A stretch of DNA of 64,000 nt from Raillietiella orientalis. Taxonomy: Eukaryota. This document shows positions 11,901 through 24,660 of this stretch, one piece after another (position 1 is the stretch's first letter; each line of letters opens with the position of its first letter). The stretch is from the NCBI GenBank assembly GCA_036172245.1, contig JAYWIR010000016.1, positions 682,001 to 746,000 on the forward strand, written 5' to 3'. The notes beneath the pieces are model-generated. The model saw only the letters and a list, made by a program, of their open reading frames with translations, was not told where the DNA came from and did no database searches. The position numbers and the translations under genes were made by a program.

Positions 11901-14900
11901 GGGATCTTAGTCAGGAGGCAATCCCTGTTCCGGTCACCATCACTCTGCTGCCATCCAAGGATTCTCGGCATCCTTTCCTTTTCTTTCAGCGATGTGGCAT
12001 TCATCATCGCGTTATTCGCCGTTCGTGTGGAACTCGAGTTTCTTCTTCGTGCAGCATCGCACGCTGCCTCCGTCAACGCTTACCACTTCCGCATCCACTA
12101 AAATTGCTGCGGCGCATCTCACAGTTCAGCGTAGATTCTTTTTTTTTTCCTTCGCTCTTCCCTTGAGTGGATTTTCAAAAATTCTGGATTTCCGGAAACC
12201 ACTGAAAGAGTGGTGACATTCGACGCGTCTTCCAGCGAAGCAATCCTTCACATCAGACCCTCTGGCGTTGAGACGATGATGGAGAATGAATGGGCGGATC
12301 TCGGAAGAAAGGAAACAGCAGTTTGCTGAAGGCTGCCCCTGAGATCTGATCGTATTCGATAACCTTAGATTTTCTTTTTCCTTTTTTTCTTTATTTTATC
12401 ATGTTTCCCAAAACGCTGCAGTAAATTGCATTTTCCTAAAAGCAAAGCACCAAAGATTTAAAAGGTTACTTCCTTCATTCTACGCATGTTCAACTATAAA
12501 TCACGACTGGCAGTGCACAGCTACCAACAGCAGTTCTTTAAAACAGTATCACTGAACACGAAGCTCAGTCCCCAGAAATCTAAAACATACGTTAAAATGG
12601 CTATTCTTTGCCAATCAGTCACATAGATGGTCGCCAGGAGATCTCCCTCACCACTGCTTTTCCAGTTACAACATGGCAAAAGGATATCGGCACTAATTGT
12701 GGAACTTCGTCCAGGAGCATGGCAGCTATAAATCTGAAAGTTAAGAGGTTCTTGTATTTGATGTTTTGCAACCCAACATAGAGTGAGGTTCTCACTCCTC
12801 AAACGAAACAGCGCTCCATTTTCGAAATTATAAGGATTCTGGATCCATTGCCTGAAACGAAAGATTAGATCAAGGAAACTCTTTCAGATAGAGCTGTGCG
12901 GAACTTTCTCGTGGAGTCCTTTCGGTAGGAACATTGGATCTTAGCATGGATATTCTGCCGGGCCTGTGTGGAAACACGGCATGAAAAAATCAATCCATTT
13001 CATGGAGAGAATTTTTTTCGCGAAATTATATATGAGACAGGGAAAAAAGGAAAGAGATAAAAAACGGGAAGAGAGAAAAATTAATGAATTATTCCTTAAG
13101 CCAACAGACTCAGCAGCAAAGAGTTCTGGGAAATGGATTCAAGACAAAGCTGAATTTTTGTTCCTAATTTTCTTTTAAACTTTGAATTAATAAGCAGAAA
13201 CCCCATTGGCCAACATTGGTACTGTCGCTTTTTAAGAACCAACATGTAATCCAACCTAATTGGTGATGGTGCAGGGAGAATTAAACGATTTGTTTTAGGA
13301 AGGATTGTAATCTGTTTCAGACACACACACACGTCTCACCGCCAAAGCGCAGAGGCGGTCCGTTTAGCAGCTTCCAATTAGTTCAAAAAAAAAACACACA
13401 CACACACATTTCAAGTTTTCCCTGCGCTGGAGGTGATTTGATTCATAATCAAGGTTTCTTATTATGAAACCCGAATTAGGGAGTCCTGCAAGCTATCCCC
13501 CCTAAACCATAAGGTTGAAAGAAGCAAGTGATCCATTTCAAACTGTGAGCTCTGTCTTCTAGATGGAACTCAGAATGTCAACAGGGATGCATGAATTTGG
13601 GATGATCATGTGGAATATGTCCCATACATCCGAGTTTTAATTACAGCTCTCTAAGGCAATAACATCTCATGCCATCCCATTAAAAATGGATGTCCAAACG
13701 ACGCATCGCAAAGAAAGCCTGTATAAGAAAACCAAATGAAATGTGGTCAACAGTTAATGATTATAGCGCACGGGACTGTACGAACATGCTTTTGCCAACT
13801 GGAAAGAAAAAAAAAAAAAAGAATAAATTAAGCATGGACTCGTAACATTACGAATTCACAGCTCTTTAAACTAAAGCACTGCACGCTGCCTCCGTGATTT
13901 GTAAATCACTTGCTGCCAATTTGAGTAGGGAATCGAAAACTCCCTGGCGACCCTGGATCCTCAAGCGTGTCTGTGCAAACGTCTGAGTCTAAAGGATTTG
14001 GAAAATCAAATGGATCGTGTGCACTCGCTGATTCCTCTGTCGACGGAGGCACACACAGCAGCAGCAAGGAGAGATACTTTGGACACGGCGGAGCGAAGAT
14101 GATCAAAATCACACTTTCATGCAAATCTCAGCATGGAACAGCTCACGTCATAAAGTTGTGCAGTTTTCTCATTCCCCTTGAATAAGGAATTGGAACACCA
14201 ATCGGGACTTGTGATTGTGGTTGAGGACACGGACCGTTAAAGAGCAGTACAGAATGGGGTTTTCAGAACGGTAGCGATCCCGAGGATGGGGGTTCCCCCC
14301 CCCCTCCCTCTTTGGCACGACTAGGAGAAAAATCGTGCACAAAGGGTATGCACCCCCTCCTCCTGGAACTGGTGCAGGAGCCTAGGTTTCCGCTCTTTTC
14401 CCCGGGAAAGAGGATGTTTGTTCACCAAGCGGCTGCTTGGATTCGCTCGTAGAGGGTTGGAAACCCTGCCCGGGGCCCGCTTTGGCCTAACAATGGGTTT
14501 CGCGTGTCATTCAGATTTTGTGTGTACGTGCGACCCGCCCGTTCGTGTGAGTCTGAAGTGTACTGCTGCTGCTGCTCGAGGTGTGTCCCCCTGCCGCCCG
14601 TACGCGACCTCAAGCGGATGAATGACAAGCCGTCGGGGCTGAGCAGTCAATGGTCCACGCAAACGCAATCCCCGACCGCAAGCGTCGCGAGCCTCAGCAT
14701 CCCGGCCTGCACCAAACACGGTAGTGTTCCTCCCAAGTGCTCCCCGTGGTCTGGCGCCTCGAGCACTCAGGTACTTGCACCTTTTCTTGTACCCGAAAGA
14801 GAAAATGACCCAAACGTATCCATATGATCCGACTGGTGAGCATTTTCGTCACATAGTGCTGGCATCTATAGGTTTCCGCTTGAATAGTACACTTGATTTC

Positions 14901-15045
14901 AACATGCATGATTAATAATAAATTTTTGAAGGGTGACTTATCCCCACACAGAAAATCAAGCATGTGCCAGTTAAACCTCGAGCATCAGTCTCCCCGATCA
15001 TGAATCACCACCAAGTCAAGTGAAATGATTCAGCAACATAATTAC

Positions 15046-16293
15046 ATGAAAGGTAACTTTTGAAATCGTATACTGGTTGAAATGTTCATTCACGGAGTTA
15101 AATAAAAACTGTTGGTCCAACCCAGGAGAGATTTTCATAAGCGGATGCCCGAAAGCTTGCACGAAATAAAGTTTCCCCTTCGTTGTGCATTTTAGGAATA
15201 TCGGAAGTATTGCATCCTTGCCCAGGATACTACTGTGGGAGGTACCAATTTCCAAATGGTTCATGGAGTTCTTGTGGATCGTGCCCATGGGGTTCAAGAA
15301 AAAATGATTCTGATGCATGTATCCCATGTGAAAATAGCCCCAACTTTAATGATTGTGTGTATTTGGGATTCATGGTTCTGGTATTGCTCATCATGCATTT
15401 CACAATAATTGACAGATGTAGTAACAGTCAAAAGTAAGAAAAATAATAATGTATTGAATGATTATTTTTTTCAGACTCTCATTAAGTATCTTGAGCTGTC
15501 ACCTTTGTGCAATATTGGAATGCTTAATTTCTGCATGCATTATCCTTCTGGTAATGAATCCCATTGGATCATTCAAGATATATTCATGCGGTGTAGAGCA
15601 TCTTTCGGATTGGTATAGTGTGTTTTATAATCCGTATCCCAATTATGAAACACATCTACACTGTACTCAAGAAATTGTGTACCCTCTGTAAGTTGTATAC
15701 CCACTTATTGGTCAAGCTCTTATTGTTGTTCAGGTATACGATTGTTCTGTTGTATTATTTCATATGTCTGATATTGATGCTGTTATTGCGACCTATAGTA
15801 GCCACTGTTTTATTGCCTGAAGGGGGTAAAACGGCCATAGCATATGCTTTGTATGGAATTCCTGTGTTAGTGTTGCTGCATGCCATTTGCGCTGGACTTA
15901 TCTGTGAGTATAGGGGTGACTGCACACAAAACACAGTGTGTTCCTAGACTATTCTTTCCCTTATATTCTTTTGCTAATGGTGCTGTTTTCAACAGCTGTA
16001 CATTATGCCCGTCAGCTGACTCAGGTAAACCATTCATCTCAACTCATGGTTTTTTAATGGTGTTTGTGTACTTACAGACACCACGTGTTCTATTTCTGCA
16101 CACATTCTGTGATTTGCGCAACCTCCTTACATTCATTGCCCACTGTGGTTTGTTTTTTTATGCAATTATCAGCCTGACTGAACTACATGATCCAGTTATA
16201 CATTACTGTCTTTTTGCCTTAGCTCCCATCCCTACCCTTTTTTATATCACAACTGTGCGCTACACGGATCCTAGCAAACTACACAGAGATTAA
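15046..16293 (+). CDS. JKAMP: JNK1/MAPK8-associated membrane protein (JKAMP), 6 exons
   Basis: Spliced peptide MKG|ISEVLHPCPGYYCGR...CGSCPWGSR...CIPC...SDWYSVFYNP.PNY...LHCTQEIVYPLYT matches the Cys-rich N-terminus and the DWY..LYNP..HCT.E.VYPLY motifs of JKAMP. GT-AG introns keep the frame. The 7-nt first exon (15046-15052) is inferred from phase compatibility. Confidence 0.9.
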
Positions 16294-16295
16294 GA

Positions 16296-17654
16296 TTAGA
16301 CTGTATTGAGTTTTGTGACCAGGACGACTCTTAATGTTTGATCTAGAGAAGCACATGCACATAAGCCTTGTTTATCCAGATTCCATGAAGCTGTTATCAC
16401 TGGCTGGCTACTGACAGTTACATGTTGTAACTGAGTCACCGAACCTGCTATCCCATACTCATTACCATCAGCATCTTTCTTCATTCGATGTGGTGGGTAG
16501 TGGCTGTCAAGACAAATAGTTGATAAATGATGCAAAGTGGCTTACTATTTCCACAAGTGTAATGATCCACTGCCACTTGTAGTCAAGAAAATATCTCTGT
16601 TTTGAGGAAGATGACTGCATATCCACACAGTAGCCTTTTGAATCTGCTAGGAACATTGTAGAACTGCTGGATGTGGTAATAAATCAAGTACCTTAGTTTT
16701 CTGATGAGCAAAACCTCGACTAGGATGCTGAGTCCGTAGATCAAATACAAGAAAATTGGACTCGAGACAAGTCACCACTAATTTGTTCATAAGAATATCC
16801 TTGCGGTCAAATTGCACACAACAGATCTGCAAGATTATTAGGACTACTCTGAGAACACGTAATTCATACCCCATTCTGTACATTTGTCTCCCATTGAACA
16901 CTCATGGTCTTTAGATTGTACAGTTTGAGATCACCATTGTCATAACCAGCAGCAATGCAGCGTTCTTGCTGATTGTATGCATTGCCTGCAATACGTCAGC
17001 ATCAGCATCAAAGAATCTTACCAAATGCCACAGTCCAACAGTCCCGATGAGCATTTCCTTCTACAGGAGCAAACAGTGCAACTGGGCGATCTTTTTGACG
17101 TGGGTCCCATAGTTTAACTGCACCTATTGATATAATATATAATATTATTCAACTAGCAGATCTCACCATCACGGCTTCCGGTCACAATTTCTGGAGCACC
17201 ATAACCAATGCCCAGGCCTCCAACTCCATCTATGGCATTGATGATTTCTTTGTGGGCTTTTACTGTATACACTGGAGATTCTAGGTTATCAACATCCCTA
17301 CAAGGAAAGGGTGTCATTTAATCATACTTATTGGCTCACCAAATCTGTAATTTTCCACTAAAGTCGCCAGTAGCCAAACACCTGTTCTGCAGCTGGGATG
17401 CTCCAAAAGTACCACATTTAAAGGATTTTCCTTTTTCACACTGAAAAGTTAATGTGAGCATACAGTTACTCCCAACCTACTTCTTTTACTAAAGTGACAT
17501 CTCCTTTACTCATCTCATAAATGCTTATACTTCCACTTCCCTTAGGGTAACAACCTAATGCTACAAATTTAGCAGAACAAGGGATCCAACACACATCAAA
17601 TATAGAATGGTTCAAAGCTTTTTCTGTGTGAATTATCATCTGTGGCTTGTCCAT
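16296..17654 (-). CDS. WDR92: WD40 protein WDR92 / DNAAF10 (R2TP-associated dynein assembly factor), 8 exons
   Basis: N-terminus MDKPQMIIH...[12 protein letters not shown], internal [30 protein letters not shown] and [19 protein letters not shown]-terminus [16 protein letters not shown]. Seven GT-AG introns of 36-45 nt. Confidence 0.93.
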
Positions 17655-17729
17655 GTTTTATTACTGATTGTAACAGAAATGTCTTAATATCTCTGCAATA
17701 ACCAGTCTAATTTCAGATTGCATTTATCA

Positions 17730-18374
17730 ATGAGTAATGAAAAATCAAGTTTGTTGAACAATCTGTCATTGTTTATTGATCAACATTTAAGGCTGGTGCA
17801 AACTGGTGTATGGTGTGTGCTTGGCATTGGACTGATTACAGCTGCAAGAAGCATAAAAATTTTTCGGCAGTTCGGAACAGTTTCTGATATACCAAAATCA
17901 TTTATTGACAAAAACGTGTCACTATATGGGCGTGTAAAACAAGTGGAAATCAGTGGCCAATTCCTTATTTTAAAAGTGGAACACACACCTATAATAAGCC
18001 TGTTCCAACGGAAGCAGGCAGGCCTGTTACCAATTGTAATATCAGGAGTTACTCCTTACGCACATAAAGGTCCAGATATTGCGAAACTTCTCTCAAACAA
18101 AGATGTACGTTTCATGCTTTTGAGTAAGTCACATCATGGCATGCACTGCATCGCTAAGTGTGTGCAAGTGCTCCCCAGCAAAGAAGTAAACTTGTCACTG
18201 CTCATCAAACAGTTGGGCACAGTAGGGGCCGTAGAACAGAGCTTACTGGACAACAAACGTTTTCACAAACTGTACATGAAGATGATCAAAGCATCGAAAA
18301 AATTTGAGAAGCCATCTCTCGTGCGCAAACTCCTTGGGAGGCTCAGAAACTTATTCTGCAAATACCTTCGGTAA
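17730..18374 (+). CDS. C3orf33: C3orf33-like protein (N-terminal TM segment plus SNase-like fold), apparently single exon
   Basis: DQHLRLVQTG...ARSIKIFRQF...SDIPKSFIDKNVSLYGRV...VEHTPI resembles the C3orf33 pattern as recalled (HLRLVR..RSIRL.SKF..SDIP.EFI..NV.LRG..EHIPI). Uninterrupted ORF. Confidence 0.8.
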   Translation: MSNEKSSLLNNLSLFIDQHLRLVQTGVWCVLGIGLITAARSIKIFRQFGTVSDIPKSFIDKNVSLYGRVKQVEISGQFLILKVEHTPIISLFQRKQAGLLPIVISGVTPYAHKGPDIAKLLSNKDVRFMLLSKSHHGMHCIAKCVQVLPSKEVNLSLLIKQLGTVGAVEQSLLDNKRFHKLYMKMIKASKKFEKPSLVRKLLGRLRNLFCKYLR

Positions 18375-21300
18375 AAAGGTGTTTTCAAAGCTGTCGCACG
18401 AGCCCACTGAATTTCATGAATCTGCCTGATGGTGCTATTTAGAAAGAAAGAAAAACAGCCTGCAATAGGCGTTTAGGAAAAGTTGAAAGCTCGGCTGCAT
18501 TGCTGACAGTTCTACAAAGGCTATCAGAAACAAATAAAACGGGAAGTTTCAGAACGATTGCAAGTTTTTCTGTATTCTCGAAATTGTTTTTGCTTTACTT
18601 TATTTCTATTAATCCACTTATAGAACCTGGGAAAATTGGATTCAGTCATGATCGTTTGAACTGTATTCCTATCGATCAAACCACCTGAAAAAATCACGGA
18701 TTTTGCACACAACTTGGATTGATCGCTCGCGTTTTCATTGACGTTTGGTAAAATTTTTGCATTTTTTTTGTGAATGGATGCACACGCATACGTTTGTATA
18801 TATACCCGTCCTAAGGCTGCATGTTTAAGACTTCTTTTTTTTTTTATTTGCAAACAACCGGGAAACTTCAGTGGATAATCAAATTGACACCTAACCGTAC
18901 ACTTTAAAACGAAACCCGTGATGGCTACGCCGATTATACATCGGCTTCCACGGTGTACACAGAAACAACCTGTACTTTCAAGAGTCGTTGGAACATCGGG
19001 ATGAAATCCACGAGGCAACATTTGCAACGAAAGGAGGCAGAGCTCCACCGTCGAGAGTCTCTTGCCCAAGCCGAAACGGAGGTGCTGCAAACCTGCAAGA
19101 ACCCCGGGCACTCGCCCCATTCATCAAACCAAATGAGGCCTTTGGGGGAAACGATCAAATTCAGGGAGTGCGACCGATGCCGTCATCGCCTTGGAAAGGA
19201 ACTGTCGCGTTCGGAACCACGAAAATTTTCCTCGAGTTTACCCAGGAGAAGTGGGAAGAGCTGTGCAAGCAAGAACACCCCACCACGACCACCGCGGAGG
19301 GACCCCGGGAAAAGCATCGATTGCTACGCATTACGTGACTGCCTGGTTGCCGTGAGGTCCACCACACGCTGCTGAGACATCGAAGTCGGGGTCACCCGGT
19401 GCCGGAACGAACCGGAAGCCTTCAGCACGTTGGCACTCTTCAGCATCCCCGGTCGCCCGGCTGGCACCTATGCTAGTCCTTGCCTTTGCGTGACGGGCCG
19501 AATTCGAACAGCAGAAACACGAATGCCAGATCACCCCTGCTCGTTGGGAACGGCAATCTTTCCAGCCAGGACGTTGGGAGTGCAGGGATGAAAGAGAAGG
19601 ATGTCGAATTTCATTGCACACTCGTCTGTCCCCGTTTCAATCAAAACTTTAAGTCGCATCCTCGCAGCATCCAGAAACCCGAAAGGAGGAGAATGGGTGG
19701 ACTCCTGCACTGCTTGGGTGATTGCTGGTATTCGGCGACATGCAGGCGGGAATTACAATCCAAATCCAATGCCGGGAATTCATTGTAATGCGGTTCAGAA
19801 ACGGGAGCTCATCAACATTTGATCTTTCCTCGAAGAGCTTTCAGTTCGACGGAATTTCTTACCTGCTAGTCGCTCTCATTTTTAGTAGCTGGACGAAACT
19901 AGCACTGTAATAGGAAACGAGTATTCAACGCTGCTGTTTTGCAGAAGCGCTCAACACTGAATATTTGTTCAGATCCTTCAGTTTGTTTTACAGCAATCAA
20001 CCGATGCATCGTTGGATCTTTTTTTATTCGTAATGAATTTTGATCAGATTCGAAACACCTTTGAAAACATGGTCCACAATGATTTGATGCCTTTTTATAC
20101 ACGTCTTCTTGGTCAGAGACACTTCGATTTTCTGAGTTCTCTGGCAGCGTAGAGTTGCTCCGTTGCTCATGTTTTTTGTTTTGACCAGTTTCTAGATTCT
20201 ATAAGCATACATACGTTGCAAACTTTCTGAGTAAGCATAAGAAACTATGAGAAAAAAAATTGGAACGACTTAATGCACTTTTTTATGACAATTTTTTATC
20301 ACAATAGCTTTCTCTTTACTGTCGTCACGATCCGTTGCTGAGATCTCTTTAACACTTTTGCATGGTGGAGTTTCAGCAGATGCCATTCATTTTATTCACC
20401 TCGCGGAAAAAAGGCAACTCCGCAAGGATATTTGGGATGCCGAGATCTTAAGATTTTTAAGTAGTTTCCACGAGAGAATCAGAATTATAGCGTTTAGATG
20501 AAAAATTTCTTGCCATTCTTCTTATTCCAGTTTCGCTCTTTTTCTAGATTGTATTTGTTTCTTAAGTTCGTATTGCATCCATTTTTCAAACATGAATGAA
20601 TGCCAGTATTGCTGAATTTTTTGTTATTGATTGCGTAGATACGGTCGTCATTTTTTATTGCTTTTCTTTGACCGATCGACGCTTCAAAATAGTGTCACCT
20701 TGAAATTCGTTCCCGTTCCTTGAGTTATTTCGCTCAGAGTGTTGCTGTGGCACACTTCATAGCAAATTTTGAAATTCTTTTTCTATGGTGCATCTGTACG
20801 GTGAATAGTGTTCATCCAAACCATACTGTTGTATGCATAGTGTGTCTGAAAGTGTTCTCTGAATCAATTTTGAAAGAGTAAGCAGCAAGTAAAAGCAAGC
20901 GTCTTGGAGGTAGCACCAGACGAGAAATCGGCGTTGTTTCCATAAAGCACGATCTCAGAAATCGTTTACTGAAAACACTCTGCTGAGAAAATGGAATTAA
21001 CTTAGGAAATCTACAACTGGAATACAGACGGTGCTGGACACATTCGAACTTCTCGTTCACATTAGTCCTTGATGGCTTCAAACGCTTGAAATTTATGCTA
21101 ACTGTAATACAGGAAACAAGTACAAGAGCACTTTGAAAGTATCACTAGGAGTGGCGATAGAAAGTTTTCCCTTTTTTATGAATAATCCATCTTAAGGCAG
21201 TATGCCTTCAACTTCTTAAGCCTTCAACTCAGATGTGCTCGAGGTGGTCAGACATGGATGCATGTCAAGGAAGACAGATATGACAGACACACTAGTGATG

Positions 21301-23649
21301 TGCATGTGGCAACTCATTGCTTCTTTGTATTCTGCTTTGCTGTATCTCTGCAAAGATTTCCTGAAAATATCAAGACCTTATTACCTATGATTCATTTAAT
21401 TCTTATCAAATATCCGTATGCTTCAATCTGACTTTCTCCTCGAAGACGTTGGGGATGCTTTCAAGCTGGGAAATTCGAAAACTATCTGTCAGACATTTGA
21501 TCACAGAGACCACATGGACTTCATGGCAAAAGCCAAAGAGAGCAAAATGTTCTCAGCGATGACATATGCGTTCCAAAAACACATATGCAGAATGAAATCA
21601 GATTTCTTGTTTCTCCGAATGTGTATGTGTAGGTGTTTGTGTTTCTACATTGCATCTTTCGTAAAGCAGTCTTCCCCACGTTTTGTAATTCCTAATAATC
21701 ACTGACTGAAGGGCATCACAATTTTAAGTCCCCTCCCTCCCTCTATTTTCATTATCCGATTTGAGAAGTAGAAAAGTTTCTAAATACCGCTTAGAGGGAC
21801 GTCAATAAGAACCTGAATGTGAATGAAAGCCGAGACTTCAGAATTTGGGAACATCTCGTTTCAGTTGCAGATAAACCAAACCAAATTTCGAACAAGCCGG
21901 GATTCTGCAGAAACGGAACCGAACTCTTCCAGAAGGAAGACAAAAACGATCACCGTCGTCGCTTCTTCTTCAATGGCTTCCTTATGTCACCCTTCGACGC
22001 AATCAAAAATTGTCACGTGCATCTGAAAAGAGTGCTCGTGGAAGTGTCATGTCACTTGGTAACCAAAAAGGCCACCCGTCTTTCCCTGTGATCCTGGAAA
22101 AAATGGCGAAATCATTTGAAACTAAGCTGAGCGAGCGAAAATGAGTGCCTGCATCTTTCGAGTAGAAAATTTCCCGAGTGTTTCCGTGGCGTCTGGCTCA
22201 AGTACCCACCTCCTCGCATGCGTTTTCAGTCTTTAGCATTCAGATGAGAACGGCTTCCTAGATGTGGTCTACGAAGTATCCGCGGTCTCTGCGCTGAAAA
22301 CCTCGAATGGTAATCTTCCCAGCTGCTAATCCCTGCTCTCCGATGACAGTGGGGAGTAACCAGGCCTACTCTCAGAATAGAATCTCGTAGAGGCTTCCTC
22401 AGCCTAGGGCATCCAGAAGGAGAATCCGGCTTCCTTTTGGAAGACCTCAGCAGAATGCCTACCGTCAAACGAAAACCTGCCATGTGGAGCATATTCCAAC
22501 GAGAAAGAAACTCGACGCAAAGAGGAAGGCAGGCTCGTCCCTTAGCTCCAGGCAAGAGTTCGAGTCTTTTTCGCCTTCCTACGACAGGAGAATTGTTCTG
22601 GATTGCCACTTTTCCTTCATTGCGGAGAGCTGCTCTTTCATTGGCTGTCGCATCCTGCATGCTGGAGGATATCGAATGGTCCAAAAACTGGTGTGAAAGA
22701 CGCGGCGCGTCTTCAGGAATAGCGTGAACTTCAGGAACAGACTAGCTCGAAACCGGTGACGGCATCCCACGGCGTCCTTCCGTTTCTGCGACGCAGGGAC
22801 TCAGGGGTTTCGTCGTCTCTACACCCTCTCGAGAGACGATGCGTTGCCTTTTCTGAGAGAAAGAGGAAACGACGATGACCAACCGGCAGGGCGAGAGCTG
22901 CTGACCAGCCATCCCCCCATCACGGGTGCCTCCAAATTCCTCGGTGAGCGAGCGGCAGCCCAGAGGAGCGGAGAAACCACTCTGATGGAACTCGGGGAGA
23001 AACTCTGAGGCCTTTTCGCAAGGCACTCATCATCATCCTTCCTCGTGCCTCGGCAGCTATGGGCCTCCTCTCCAGGCCCAACAGACGACTGCCCTGCATC
23101 TAAGCCGAGGACTCGTGAGCAGTAGACGCCCTCAGAACATGACCCATGGGAATGTACTTTTCCGAACTATGCAGGATGGAAGAACCCAATCCTCTTCTCC
23201 CCCCTTTCCTACTTTTCGATTGCCGTGTCCTCCATCCGGGCGGGCAGGGAGCGACAGGGACCCTCTAATACCTGGAAGGCAATCCCAAGGGTCTGACGCT
23301 GCGCTTCTTTCAGGGGCGTTGCAGTCACGATTCTGCACAGCATCCAGGGCATCGAGGCGGGACATCTCGCGGCACCGGGAGCAGCCCGCCATCCTCAAAA
23401 CCACTTCAACCACCACGAAAAGCAGCAAGGTGGCTCAAGCGACGGAGGAAATCTCTCTCACAAAGAGTCTCTCGCGAGGAGCGAGGACTGAGAAGGAATT
23501 CCCCTTCATTATTTATTATTTGTTTATTCATCATCCCTTCTTTTCGTACACTATCCTTCTCCTCCCTAGTCGCGCTTCCGTTACAGGATGCGGGGATTTG
23601 GATTCCCTCTCAGGCAACTTGCCTAGCTTCTGGAAACCTATCCTTGGAT

Positions 23650-24660
23650 CTCCTACCACCCTCTGAACTTTAATGCTTGGCGGCAGGAGGGCGTCATGCC
23701 CTAGGCTGTGTTTTAAGGAATGCTGTGGAACTTCGTTCCCTGCGTCTCTTCCTCAGGCATACTTTGTCAAAGGTACTTCAGGACCCAAAGAAGTTTAGGA
23801 TCCTGTCCGCCAGATCTCATGCAGAAGAACTGTCAACCCCGAAGGCAAGCGACGACAGTTGCCGATCGACGAGGTGGAAGTACACCCTCACTATTGCAGG
23901 ATTTAGCAAACTCCTGAGAGGCTGGAAAACGAGCGAGCTGATGGACGTCTCCACTCCTCGTTCCCGGGAGAAGGGACTGCTTTGATGGAGCGAACTGCCA
24001 AGTGTGCTTCCCGTAGAACTAGTGGTCCCTCCGTTGTGTGTCGGTAGTCCCCCCTGAAGCGGAAACAGGAAGTGCTGCTGTTTCTGAAGTGGAGTCTCCA
24101 GTGCAATCAGCTCTGCCACCTCGTCTCCGGGGGAAGCTGCATCCCCGAATCCCAGGTGCGAGTCGATGGAATCGATCTCGCACCTGCTATTGGACTGAGG
24201 TGCTCTCCAAGAACTGCGACGGAGACTGGCTCAGAGCTCTTGCGCCAGGAAGAAGCCACCCGGCGATTCTTCGCGCGCGGCGGACTCTCTTCGAGAGCGG
24301 CTCAGTGATTGCGACGAGATGTCGCAACCACCCCTCCGTCACGTCCTGCCGCTTCTTGGAGAAAAAAGGACAGTGAATGGAGGCCACTCGCACGGCAGTT
24401 GCCTACATGAGGGCGGTTTCCAGGTAGCCCCACAAGGATGAGGAAATCAAGGCGGAGATAGGCAACATTCAGCGCCAATTCTAGGAGGAAGGAACGACCT
24501 GAACCGGTGACCCCTGTCCTGACCCTTTTCCTTTCATTTATTTAGTTCCTGTTTTATCCCTCCCGTTCCGGACTTTTCCCGGTGGCGAGAAAAGCCCCTG
24601 CCCTCCGCCCTTTTAATTGTTTTTTTGTTTATCACTTCCTTCCACCCGTTCCGAACTTGT
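23650..24660 (+). mobile_element. LINE 3'-end fragment with pyrimidine-rich tail
   Basis: GWKTSELMDVSTPRSREKGLL aligns with GWTPRELADSATARTVSKGLERW of the RT copy; nucleotide similarity to 25960-26090 and 37200-37560. Confidence 0.7.
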
